Source: Pseudomonadota bacterium
GTDB lineage: Bacteria > Pseudomonadota > Alphaproteobacteria > Rhizobiales > Hyphomicrobiaceae
Direction: 5' to 3'
Assembly (NCBI GenBank): GCA_023426855.1
Contig: JAEZBU010000098.1
Coordinates: forward strand, 1-50,003
Length of the DNA: 50,003 nt
Made by a program: the position numbers and the translations under genes. This document shows positions 7,878 through 17,115 of this stretch, in pieces; the stretch's first letter is position 1; every line of letters begins with the position of its first letter. The notes under the pieces were generated by a model. The model searched no databases and was not told the origin of the DNA. It was given only the letters and a program-made list of their open reading frames with translations.

Positions 7878-10082
7878 ATGACTATCACGACAGCACTCTC
7901 CCGCCGCAAGTTTCTCGTCACCGCAGCCGCCGCAGGTGGTGGCCTCGCGCTGGGCATCGATGCAGGCGGCATCGGCCGGGCGCTCAGCCAGATCGCAATT
8001 GGTAGTTCGGTTGACGGTAGCGAAATCGGCGTCTGGGTTTTCATCAAGCCGGACGAAGAGGTCATCATCCGCATCGCGCGTTCGGAAATGGGGCAGGGCA
8101 CGCTGACCGGCCTTGCTCAGCTCACAGCCGAAGAGCTCGACTGCGACTGGTCGAAGGTGAAGGCCGAGTATCCGACGCCGGGTGAGAATCTGGCGCGTAA
8201 TCGTGCCTGGGGCGACATGTCGACCGGCGGCTCGCGCGGCATTCGTGGTTCGCATGATTATGTGCGCCAGGGCGGTGCTGCAGCGCGCCAGATGCTGCTG
8301 CAGGCAGCCGCCAACGAATGGAACGTGCCGGTTGGCGAACTGACGGTCGACAAGGGCGTCATCACGCACGCCGCCTCCAATCGCACCACGACCTACGGCA
8401 AGATGTCGACGGCGGCTGGCAAGCTGCCGGTGCCGGATCTGAAAACCATGAAGCTGCGCGATCCCAAGGACTGGAAGATCGCCGGCAAACCGCTGAAGCG
8501 CCTTGATACCGAGGATAAGCTCACCGGCAAGCTCCTCTACGCGATCGACATCAAGCTGCCGGATATGCTGACCGCGACGATCATGGACGCGCCGGTATTC
8601 GGCCAGAAGCTCACCGGTTACGACGAAGCCAGCGTCAAAGGCATGCCGGGCATCAAGGGCATCTATCGCGTCGGCGAGACAGCGGTGGCGGTTGTCGCCG
8701 ACACGTTCTGGCAGGCCAAGCAGGGACTGGATGCGCTCAATCCGACCTGGGAAGAAGGCCCCAACAACAAGGTGTCGAGCGAGACGATCGCCGCGGTGCT
8801 GAATGAGGGGCTGACCTCAAAAGATGGCGTTTCCGTCGGCAATCAGGCCGGCGATGCCGATAAGGCGATTGCAGGCGCCGCCAAGAAACTGGAGGCGGTC
8901 TACACCACGCCGTACTGGCATCACGTGACCATGGAGCCGATGAACTGCACGGCGAAGTGGACGGCGGACAAGTGCGAGGTGTGGGTGGCCTCACAGAACG
9001 GCGAGGCGTCCCTGGCAGCAGCTGCCGAAGCCGCGGAGCTGCGCCCGTCGCAATGCGAGGTCTACAAGTATCACCTCGGCGGCGGTTTCGGCCGGCGCGG
9101 CTTCCAGGACTACGTGACCAAGGCAGTGTTGCTGGCCAAGCAGATCCCCGGCGTTCCGGTGAAGACGATCTGGACGCGCGAAGAAGATATGCGCCAGGGC
9201 CGGTTCAAGCCGATCGGTCACTGCAAGCTGGAGGCCGGGCTCGACGATCAAGGCAATCTCGTTGGGTTCAAGATGCGCATCGCCGCGCCGTCGATCATGG
9301 CCTATGCGTTTCCGCAGCGGCTGGGTGCAGGAGGCATGGACCCGATCGCGTTCCAGGGGCTCAACCCCGGCGGCGCTGAGGGGCAGATCGGCTACACCAT
9401 TCCGAACCTGCTGATCGAGCACGCCATGCGCAACACGCACGTGCCGCCGGGCTTCTGGCGCGGCGTCAACAACAACCAGAACGCCGTGTTCCTCGAATGC
9501 TTCATGGATGAGGTTGCCAAAGAAGCCGGCAAGGATCCACTCGCGTTCCGGCGGGCGATGATGGCCAATCATCCAAAGCACCTGGCCGTGCTCAATGCGG
9601 TTGCCGAGAAGGCCGGCTGGGAAACCACCAAACCGCCGGAGGGTCAGTTCCGTGGCATCGCGCAGCACATGGGCTACGGCAGCTATGTTGCCGCCGTGGC
9701 CGAGGTGTCGGTGTCGGACAACGGGCAGCTCAAGATCCATCGTCTCATCATGGGCACGGACAGCGGACACGTCGTCAATCCGGACCAGGTGATCGCGCAG
9801 GTCGAGGGATCGGTGGCGTACGGTCTCGGCGGCACCCTTCACCAGAAGATCACCATCGAGGACGGGCGCGTCGTGGAGGACAACTTCCACACCTATCCCT
9901 CGATGACGCTGGAGGAGTTTCCGAAGATCGAGACGGTGTTGGTGCCCTCCGGTGGCTTCTGGGGTGGCGTTGGCGAACCGACGATCTGTGTTGCGGCACC
10001 GGCCGTGCTCAACGCGATCTTCGCGGCAACCGGCAAACCCGTCCGCTCGCTGCCGTTGGCGGACGTCAAGCTCAGGGCGTGA
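7878..10082 (+). CDS. Xanthine dehydrogenase-family molybdopterin-binding subunit (IorB-like), Tat-exported
   Basis: Tat motif SRRKFL; SEMGQG, TGGSRG, MEPMNC, GGGFGRR, AQVEGS, GGVGEP (catalytic Glu); GAGGAG RBS. Confidence 0.93.
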   Translation: MTITTALSRRKFLVTAAAAGGGLALGIDAGGIGRALSQIAIGSSVDGSEIGVWVFIKPDEEVIIRIARSEMGQGTLTGLAQLTAEELDCDWSKVKAEYPTPGENLARNRAWGDMSTGGSRGIRGSHDYVRQGGAAARQMLLQAAANEWNVPVGELTVDKGVITHAASNRTTTYGKMSTAAGKLPVPDLKTMKLRDPKDWKIAGKPLKRLDTEDKLTGKLLYAIDIKLPDMLTATIMDAPVFGQKLTGYDEASVKGMPGIKGIYRVGETAVAVVADTFWQAKQGLDALNPTWEEGPNNKVSSETIAAVLNEGLTSKDGVSVGNQAGDADKAIAGAAKKLEAVYTTPYWHHVTMEPMNCTAKWTADKCEVWVASQNGEASLAAAAEAAELRPSQCEVYKYHLGGGFGRRGFQDYVTKAVLLAKQIPGVPVKTIWTREEDMRQGRFKPIGHCKLEAGLDDQGNLVGFKMRIAAPSIMAYAFPQRLGAGGMDPIAFQGLNPGGAEGQIGYTIPNLLIEHAMRNTHVPPGFWRGVNNNQNAVFLECFMDEVAKEAGKDPLAFRRAMMANHPKHLAVLNAVAEKAGWETTKPPEGQFRGIAQHMGYGSYVAAVAEVSVSDNGQLKIHRLIMGTDSGHVVNPDQVIAQVEGSVAYGLGGTLHQKITIEDGRVVEDNFHTYPSMTLEEFPKIETVLVPSGGFWGGVGEPTICVAAPAVLNAIFAATGKPVRSLPLADVKLRA

Positions 10083-10543
10083 GTTTACGCCGACAGTCCT
10101 CGCTGACAGCGGCCATCGCCATTCTGGCGGTGGCCCTGTTGGCGGTGCCCGGTTCGGCGGAGCCGTTGATCCCGTACGATATCGTGGGTGATGCGATCCC
10201 CGAACCGCTCGGCAAGCTTGCCGGTGATCCGGCGCGCGGGAGAATGCTGGTGCTGGATCGCACTGTCGGCAATTGCCTGATCTGCCATAGGGCGCCGGAG
10301 CCGGACGAGCGTTTCATGGGCGAGCTTGGCCCCGATCTGTCCGGCGTCGGCCGGCGACTGAGCGAAGGCCAAATCCGTCTGCGCCTCGTCGATCAGAGCC
10401 GCCTCAATGCGAAAACGCTGATGCCGCCATATTATCGTGTCGAAGGCCTGACCCGTGTGGCGCAACGCTATCAGGGTAAGCCGGTGCTCGACGCGCAGCA
10501 GGTTGAAGATGTGGTGGCGTATCTTACGTCATTGAAAGATTGA
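10079..10543 (+). CDS. soxX: SoxX-family monoheme cytochrome c
   Basis: Signal peptide, GDPARGR, GNCLICH heme motif, GELGPDL, TLMPPY. GTGA overlap with the molybdoenzyme stop. Confidence 0.88.
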   Translation: MSLRRQSSLTAAIAILAVALLAVPGSAEPLIPYDIVGDAIPEPLGKLAGDPARGRMLVLDRTVGNCLICHRAPEPDERFMGELGPDLSGVGRRLSEGQIRLRLVDQSRLNAKTLMPPYYRVEGLTRVAQRYQGKPVLDAQQVEDVVAYLTSLKD

Positions 10544-10557
10544 GACAGGCAGCGAAC

Positions 10558-11037
10558 ATGACGGCTTCAAATGCTTTGCGACATGGACCTACTCGGCGCG
10601 AGCTGATCGCCGGTGGTCTTGCCATCGCCTGCATTCCGCTGACCGGTGGTGGCGCCCTCGCGACGCCGCAGGAGATGGAAAGCGCGATCCGCGCGCTGGT
10701 CGGCGGCGCGACGGTGACCCCCGGCGGCATGAAACTCGTGCTGCCGGAACTTGCCGAGAACGGCAATATCGTATCGCTGGCCGTGACCGTGGAAAGCCCG
10801 ATGACCGCGCAGGATCACGTCAAGGCTGTCCATATTTTCTCCGAACTCAACCCGATCACCACGGTGGCGCGGTTTCACCTGTCGCCGCGGGCCGGGCCAA
10901 ATCCGACGGTCAACACAAACATCCGCCTCGCCGATTCACAGCGCGTCACGGCAATCGCGGCGATGAGCGACGGCAGCTTCCGCTCAGCCGACGCCAATGT
11001 TGTTATCACCATCGCTGCCTGCATCGACGGGGGTTAG
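10558..11037 (+). CDS. soxY: SoxY-family carrier paralog with non-canonical C-terminal arm (AACIDGG)
   Basis: Tat-like TRRELI signal, PELAENGNIV, HVKAVHIFSELNP, TNIRLADSQ. Ends VITIAACIDGG instead of GGCGG. Confidence 0.85.
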   Translation: MTASNALRHGPTRRELIAGGLAIACIPLTGGGALATPQEMESAIRALVGGATVTPGGMKLVLPELAENGNIVSLAVTVESPMTAQDHVKAVHIFSELNPITTVARFHLSPRAGPNPTVNTNIRLADSQRVTAIAAMSDGSFRSADANVVITIAACIDGG

Positions 11038-11046
11038 GAGAGCGCC

Positions 11047-11370
11047 ATGCCACAGCCGACCCGTATCGCGATGCCGACGTCCGCCAAGAAAGGTGAGGTG
11101 ATCCAGATCCGCACCATCATCCAACACGAGATGGAGACGGGTTATCGCCGCGACAATCGCGGGCTTGCCATCCCGCGCCACATCATCAGCGGTTTGGTTG
11201 TGACCTACGGTGGCGAGGAAATCTTTCGCTTCGACATGTTTCCTGGCGTGTCGGCCAATCCGTACGTCGGTTTCACAACCACGGCCACGGAAACCGGGGA
11301 TGTTGTGTTCACCTGGACCGACGATCGCGGCGAGACAACGACGGAGCGGCGCCAGCTCACGGTCACATGA
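11047..11370 (+). CDS. soxZ: SoxZ-family carrier subunit
   Basis: IQHEMETGYRRD, IPRHII, GVSANPY, FTWTDDRG; no signal peptide, as in SoxZ. Confidence 0.9.
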   Translation: MPQPTRIAMPTSAKKGEVIQIRTIIQHEMETGYRRDNRGLAIPRHIISGLVVTYGGEEIFRFDMFPGVSANPYVGFTTTATETGDVVFTWTDDRGETTTERRQLTVT

Positions 11371-12155
11371 TGACGATGCTGCCGGTGATGCGCAGACTTT
11401 TGACTGCAGTGTTCGCCACGCTGGCGGCATCGGTCGTTGCGGCCGATGAGCGGCCATCGCCGCCGCTGCCGGGCGAACATTTCCAGTCCGAGGAGACGCG
11501 GCGGCTGCAGGCGGACGAATTCGCCAACCCCGGCATGCTGTGGGTCGAGCAAGGTGCGTCGCTATGGGACAAGCCGGATGGTGCCGAGGGAAAGTCCTGC
11601 GCCACCTGTCATCAGCAAGGCTCCGCCAGCATGAAGGGTGTGGCGGCGCGCTATCCTGTCGTGGATGCGCGTGGACGGTTGTTGAATATCGAGGGGCGCA
11701 TCAATCAGTGCCGCACGGAGCGGATGGCCGCGCCCGCGCTCGCCTATGAAAGCGATGACCTGCTGGCGCTGACGGCCTATGTGGCGCATCAGTCGCGCGG
11801 TCTACCCCGTGAGGTTGCGGTAGATGGGTCAGTGCAACCGTTCTTTGAGGCGGGGCGCGCCTTTTATGCGCAGCGCCAGGGCCAGCTCAATCTCGCCTGC
11901 GGTCAGTGCCACGACGAGAACGCCGGAAAAAGGCTGCGTGGCGATATCATAAGCCAGGGACAGACGCACGGATGGCCGGCATACCGTCTGGAATGGCAGG
12001 CCATGGGATCGCTACACCGCCGGCTCAGGGCGTGCAGCCTTGGCGTCAGGGCGGAAGTACTTGATTATGGCGCGCCTGAATACTTGGCGCTGGAACTCTA
12101 TCTGGCGTGGCGTGGTCAAGGCCTTCCCATGCAGAGTCCAAGCATCAGGCGCTAA
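11367..12155 (+). CDS. soxA: SoxA-family diheme cytochrome c
   Basis: NPGMLWV, heme motifs CATCH and CGQCH, INQCR, WPAYR, RRLRAC (active-site Cys), ALELYL. ATGA overlap with soxZ. Confidence 0.92.
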   Translation: MMTMLPVMRRLLTAVFATLAASVVAADERPSPPLPGEHFQSEETRRLQADEFANPGMLWVEQGASLWDKPDGAEGKSCATCHQQGSASMKGVAARYPVVDARGRLLNIEGRINQCRTERMAAPALAYESDDLLALTAYVAHQSRGLPREVAVDGSVQPFFEAGRAFYAQRQGQLNLACGQCHDENAGKRLRGDIISQGQTHGWPAYRLEWQAMGSLHRRLRACSLGVRAEVLDYGAPEYLALELYLAWRGQGLPMQSPSIRR

Positions 12156-12256
12156 TCGGCCTGCGGCAGAGTGTTCGATTTCGAACATAACTGCGACGTG
12201 GCGTATCGTGCTTGGCGTCGTCACAAATCTAGACCGGACGGATTGCCGGTTCTAAA

Positions 12257-12281
12257 AGAACCTTGTAGGCAAATACTCGTC
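12257..12281 (+). promoter_or_regulatory. Possible EcfG (general stress ECF sigma) promoter
   Basis: AGAAC-N16-CGTC, two mismatches from GGAAC-N16-CGTT, about 65 bp upstream of the kinase operon. Confidence 0.3.
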
Positions 12282-12345
12282 TCAATTTAGTGGCGTATCG
12301 ACCTTGGTTAAGCGATTAATCGGGCGACTCCCGCCCAGGTGACCA

Positions 12346-13839
12346 ATGCCGATTACGCAAACTGCATTTCTGAGAACCTCAGCGATATTGCTCATCGTCG
12401 GGCTGTTGGTTCTTGTTGGGATCGTCGGTTCGACGCTTTGGCTTATTGAGCGTACCCAGCATCATTTTTCCGAAGTGTTGGAAGCGCGAGATCTGAGAAC
12501 CTCCACCAATAGTCTCCGCATCGCTTTGCAGGAGATGGAAACGAGCCAACGCGGCTTTATCCTTACGCAAGAAGAAGCTTATCTCGGTCCCTATGACGCT
12601 GCGCGCGGGAACATTTTTCCCAATTTCCAGCGCCTGCGCGAAGTGGTCCGGAACTTCCCTCAGTATCAAGCGCGGGTCGAAGCTCTTGCGCCGGCGCTCA
12701 ACCAGAAACTCGAGGAACTGGAGAAGACCATAAGTCTGGTTCGCGAGGGGCGTCAGGCTGAAGCGGTCGCCATGGTTGCGACCGATCGTGGCAAGGAGAT
12801 CATGGATGCCGCGCGCGACCTGTTCACCGAGATTGTCGCCGATGCGGATAATGAGCTGACAAAAGGCGTCGTGGAGCAGACTGCCAGTTCCAATATGCTG
12901 CAGACCGTCGCGATCGCGGGTGGCATATTCATCATCCTGGTGGTGGGAGGTTCGGTATGGACCGCGTTGAATTACACGCGCGACCTCCTTCAGGCCCGAA
13001 CTGAAGTCGAGAAGCTCAATAGCGACCTGGAACTTCGTGTAAATGAGCGAACGCAGGATCTCATTCGCGCGAACGAGGAGGTCCAGCGGTTCGCCTATAT
13101 CGTCACTCATGACTTGCGTGCGCCCCTGGTCAACATCATGGGCTTCACCAGCGAGTTGGACGCGACGATGAAGTCGATCCAGGCTTACGTGTTGGCGGAT
13201 GGCGAGCCGCTGAGCGAGCAGGAGATCCAGGAGGCGCGGACAGCCGCTTCGGAAGATTTGCCTGAAGCGATCGGGTTCATCCGATCGTCGACCCGCAAGA
13301 TGGACGGCCTCATCAACGCGATCCTGAAAATCTCGCGGGATGGCAAGCGGCCGATCAAGCCAGAACAAATCGACCTCAGAGGACTATTGGAGGCCAATCT
13401 CGCGACGGTCCAGCATCAGATCGTGGATGCCGAGGGGACAACCAAATTGACTGTCGGCGTTCCCGAGATCGTGTCCGACCGCATGTCCCTTGAGCAGGTG
13501 GTTGGCAACTTGCTTGACAATGCAGTGAAGTATCGGGTTCCTGATCGGCCCCTCGAGATCCGCGTTGCGGTTGATCGTGAGGCTGGCCGGCGGGTTCGTA
13601 TCGATATCAGTGACAACGGTCGCGGCATTACGGCCGAAGATCACCAGCGGGTATTCGATCTTTTTCGCCGCTCGGGCCAACAAAACCAGCCGGGAGAAGG
13701 CATCGGCCTCGCGCATGTGCGCACGCTGGTGCGCAGCCTTGGAGGCGACATTACGCTGTCCTCTATTTCCGGCGAAGGCAGCACCTTTTCCATACTGCTG
13801 CCGCTGGATGTCAGGACCGTTACAAGGAGTAGCGCATGA
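12346..13839 (+). CDS. CHASE3-domain sensor histidine kinase
   Basis: Two TM segments flanking ETSQRGFILT...YLGPY...GKEIMD (CHASE3); H-box FAYIVTHDLRAPL; NLLDNAVKY, DNGRGI, GEGIGLA. Confidence 0.94.
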   Translation: MPITQTAFLRTSAILLIVGLLVLVGIVGSTLWLIERTQHHFSEVLEARDLRTSTNSLRIALQEMETSQRGFILTQEEAYLGPYDAARGNIFPNFQRLREVVRNFPQYQARVEALAPALNQKLEELEKTISLVREGRQAEAVAMVATDRGKEIMDAARDLFTEIVADADNELTKGVVEQTASSNMLQTVAIAGGIFIILVVGGSVWTALNYTRDLLQARTEVEKLNSDLELRVNERTQDLIRANEEVQRFAYIVTHDLRAPLVNIMGFTSELDATMKSIQAYVLADGEPLSEQEIQEARTAASEDLPEAIGFIRSSTRKMDGLINAILKISRDGKRPIKPEQIDLRGLLEANLATVQHQIVDAEGTTKLTVGVPEIVSDRMSLEQVVGNLLDNAVKYRVPDRPLEIRVAVDREAGRRVRIDISDNGRGITAEDHQRVFDLFRRSGQQNQPGEGIGLAHVRTLVRSLGGDITLSSISGEGSTFSILLPLDVRTVTRSSA

Positions 13840-14279
13840 ATAACGCAAAGCCTGTCTCGATCGTCATGATCGAGGATGACGAAGGTCACGCTCGGCTTAT
13901 CGAAAAGAACATCCGTCGTGCCGGCGTGAGCAACGAGATTATAGCGTTTACCAATGGGACCGATGCCCTCGCTTTCCTTCTGGGACCGGACGGGTCCGGT
14001 AATGTGAGCGCTGGCCGCCAGTTGCTCATTTTACTGGATCTCAACCTGCCCGACATGACGGGCGTATCCATCCTGGAGAAGGTGAAGAACAACGCGCACA
14101 CGCGCCGTTCTCCCGTCGTCGTTCTGACGACGACTGACGACGAGCGCGAGATCCAGAACTGCTACGATCTTGGGGCTAACGTCTATATTACCAAGCCGGT
14201 TGATTACGATGGTTTTGCAAACGCGATCCGCCAGCTAGGGCTGTTCTTCGCTGTTATGCAGGTTCCGGAGACCGAATAG
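13836..14279 (+). CDS. Single-domain response regulator (Rcp1-like)
   Basis: IEDDEGH, LLDLNLPD, VLTTTDD, CYDLGANVYITKP. ATGA overlap. Confidence 0.94.
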   Translation: MNNAKPVSIVMIEDDEGHARLIEKNIRRAGVSNEIIAFTNGTDALAFLLGPDGSGNVSAGRQLLILLDLNLPDMTGVSILEKVKNNAHTRRSPVVVLTTTDDEREIQNCYDLGANVYITKPVDYDGFANAIRQLGLFFAVMQVPETE

Positions 14280-14280
14280 C

Positions 14281-15369
14281 GTGCCAAACCGCGTATTCCG
14301 CGTACTACAGATCGACGACGACGTGGTTCTTGCGCGCCTGGTCGAAAAGGCGCTGACGCGGCGCGGGTATTCTTATGAACATGCGCGGGATGCTGCGTCC
14401 GGCCTGGATCGCATAACCCAGGGCGGAATTACAGTTCTGGTGCTCGATCACTTCCTCGATACCGGAACCGGCTTGTCCGTAATGGAGAGGTTGAAGGAGA
14501 TCCCGAATGCGCCGCCCGTCGTGTATGTGACGGGCTCGCAGGAATTACGGGTGGCGGTTGAGGCTCTCAAAGCGGGCGCGACCGACTACGTGCTGAAGAG
14601 CGTCGGTGAGGAATTTATCTTGCTGCTCGTCAGCGCCATCGAACAGGCCATCGAAAAGGCCCGGCTAGAGCGCCAGAAAGAACTGGCTGAGCAGGAAGTG
14701 CGCGCGGCGCGCGATAGGGCGGAAATTCTGCTGACCGAAGTGAACCACAGGGTCGCGAACAGTCTCGCGCTGGTGGCGGCGTTGGTTCGCATGCAGGCTT
14801 CCGCGGTCACCGATCCGGATTCCCGAAATGCGCTCAACGAAACGCAGGCCCGTATTCTGGCGGTCGCCGGCCTGCACCGCCGCCTTTATACGTCTGACGA
14901 CGTCCGCTCGGTTCTGCTCGATTCCTACCTCCAATCGCTGATCGAAGAACTGGGCACGACGATGCATGCAGCGGGCAATCTCGCGCGGGTGAAGACCGAC
15001 CTCGACGCAATGAGCGTTCCAACCGACATCGCCGTATTGGTCGGGTTGATCGTCACGGAATTGCTGACGAATGCCTATAAATATGCCTATCCGGGCAATC
15101 AGTCCGGCGAGGTTCGCGTCCTGATGCGAAAAGCCAGCCCAACCCGGGCAACGCTGATGATCGAAGACGATGGTGTCGGCTGGGACGGGACCGGCGAGGT
15201 AAAGGGTACCGGGCTCGGGACGCGTCTCGTGTCGGCAATGGCAGGGCGATTGGGCACCTCCATCGTCTACGGCGATGGACAGGGGGGCACCCGTATCGCG
15301 TTTGAGCTGCGCGTTACGGAGGAGGAGGCTTCTCCCGAGAACGCAACGTCGCAGACCGGGGCTCATTGA
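14281..15369 (+). CDS. Hybrid receiver + HisKA_2-type histidine kinase
   Basis: N-terminal REC (IDDD, LDH, VTGS, DYVLK); EVNHRVANSL H-box; ELLTNAYKYAY, EDDGVG, GTGLG. Confidence 0.9.
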   Translation: MPNRVFRVLQIDDDVVLARLVEKALTRRGYSYEHARDAASGLDRITQGGITVLVLDHFLDTGTGLSVMERLKEIPNAPPVVYVTGSQELRVAVEALKAGATDYVLKSVGEEFILLLVSAIEQAIEKARLERQKELAEQEVRAARDRAEILLTEVNHRVANSLALVAALVRMQASAVTDPDSRNALNETQARILAVAGLHRRLYTSDDVRSVLLDSYLQSLIEELGTTMHAAGNLARVKTDLDAMSVPTDIAVLVGLIVTELLTNAYKYAYPGNQSGEVRVLMRKASPTRATLMIEDDGVGWDGTGEVKGTGLGTRLVSAMAGRLGTSIVYGDGQGGTRIAFELRVTEEEASPENATSQTGAH

Positions 15370-15406
15370 AGCCAGCGGGCGGTTGGGCCTGACTTCCGCC
15401 GGTGCA

Positions 15407-17113
15407 CTAGGCTTTTTCGTTCGATTTCACGCCAAGACGCGCCGAAAGCATATTGCCAAGGCCAACCAGGACACCGAGCAACACCATCACCATGATGGTG
15501 TAGGCGGCGAGGGTGTTAGAGTTTCCGCCCTGCCACATATCGAGCACGACGACCGAAAACACTTCAGTTCCTGGCGCGGTGAGAAAGATGGACGCCGCAT
15601 ATTCGCGGAAGGACCGCAGCGATACGTATATCGCCGCCGCCGCGACGGCGGGGGCAACCAGCGGCAGCAGAATTGAGATCATGACGCGCGGTGTTCCCGC
15701 GCCGGATACTCTGCCCGCTTCGTCCAATTCCGGATGAAGCTGCACGAGGCCAGATGCGCAGATGCGAATTGCGTAGGGCAAATGCAGCACGATGTAGGCC
15801 AGCAGCAGGATCCAGGGGCTGGCATAGATGCCGACCGGAATCATCAAGTAGAACCAGAGGAAACTTACGCCGACGATCATGCCGGGAATTGCGATCGGCA
15901 TCATCCCGACCTGTTCGGTCATCGCAACGATGCGGAATTCATCATCCATCCGCAAACGCATCCAGGCGATCGCGAAACCCAATGCCGTCGTGAGCACGCC
16001 GGCAAGGATGCCGATCCAAAGACTGTTCCAGATCGCGCGCATGGCGGGGCCATAATTGAGCGCATTGGTGAAGTTCTGAAGTGTCATCAGCCGCAGGCTC
16101 TCAAACGAAGGTAGCTGCGGATAGGGCATCAGCGAGTTCCACAGCAGGATCATCATCGGCAGCGCCGCGACCAGCAGAAGAATGAGGAACACGACGCCAT
16201 CTACGACGATGCGCCATGGCCCGAGAGGCGAACGCCGCGGCCGGTAGGCCTTGCCCCTGATCGTCGAAAAACGATCGGCGTTTCCAATAATGCGATTGTA
16301 GATGACGACCGCGACGACAGTGACGATCAGGAAGAAAAGGCTGTAGAGGCTGGCGAGACCGTACTGGGTCGGAATGCGGGTCGTCGCGACATAGATCTCG
16401 GTTGAATACAGGAATATGCGCGCGGGCAATCCGATGAGCACGGGCACGGACAGCGCGCCGAGTGCGTAGATAAAGAATATCAGCCAGCCGCCGATAATGG
16501 CCGGTTTCAGGATTGGCAGAGTAACGCGAAAGAAAGTCTTCCACGCAGACGCGCCGGAAACCCGCGCTGCTTCTTCCAAGTCCGGATTGATGGCCTTGAA
16601 AACGGGCCATAGCCAAAGAAAGGCCAGCGGCAGTTCCTGGAGAGTTGCGACCCAGATCATGCCGGAAAAGGAGAAAATGTCGACAAGCGGCGTCGTGCTT
16701 CCTGTAATGCTCTGCCAGGCAATATTAATCAGGCCACCGCGCGGGCTGAGCAGCATGATCCATGCGCTGACCAGCGTAACGGCGGGAATGAGGATTGGGA
16801 CAACGGCGAAAAGCTGGGCAAATCGTGCAAAACGGGAATCTGTACGTTCGACCACCCAGGCGAGAAATATGCCGAGCACAGTAACCAGTGTCGCCGTAAT
16901 GCTGGCAAAGATCAGCGAATTGAAAAACGATTGGCGCAGATAGATGTTGCTTGCCGCATCCTGGATGTTTTCGAGTGAGAACTCGAACGGATCGCCTGGG
17001 CCGTTTGCGGAAATGGACCCGATGATCAGCACGAGCAGCGGCGGCAGCACGAGCCCAAAGACGATAGCGGCGATAGCGAGCTGAATGGGAAGATTGCGGC
17101 CGGCGATGCTCAT
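15407..17113 (-). CDS. ABC transporter permease, fused two-domain (FbpB/ThiP-like)
   Basis: About 12 TM segments; two EAA loops (LEEAARVSGAS, LDEAGRVSGAG). Confidence 0.92.
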   Translation of the reverse strand: MSIAGRNLPIQLAIAAIVFGLVLPPLLVLIIGSISANGPGDPFEFSLENIQDAASNIYLRQSFFNSLIFASITATLVTVLGIFLAWVVERTDSRFARFAQLFAVVPILIPAVTLVSAWIMLLSPRGGLINIAWQSITGSTTPLVDIFSFSGMIWVATLQELPLAFLWLWPVFKAINPDLEEAARVSGASAWKTFFRVTLPILKPAIIGGWLIFFIYALGALSVPVLIGLPARIFLYSTEIYVATTRIPTQYGLASLYSLFFLIVTVVAVVIYNRIIGNADRFSTIRGKAYRPRRSPLGPWRIVVDGVVFLILLLVAALPMMILLWNSLMPYPQLPSFESLRLMTLQNFTNALNYGPAMRAIWNSLWIGILAGVLTTALGFAIAWMRLRMDDEFRIVAMTEQVGMMPIAIPGMIVGVSFLWFYLMIPVGIYASPWILLLAYIVLHLPYAIRICASGLVQLHPELDEAGRVSGAGTPRVMISILLPLVAPAVAAAAIYVSLRSFREYAASIFLTAPGTEVFSVVVLDMWQGGNSNTLAAYTIMVMVLLGVLVGLGNMLSARLGVKSNEKA

Positions 17114-17115
17114 TA

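Noticed and set aside
10079..12155. Calling this a complete thiosulfate-oxidising Sox pathway
   Set aside because: No soxB/C/D in the window and SoxY lacks the GGCGG arm.
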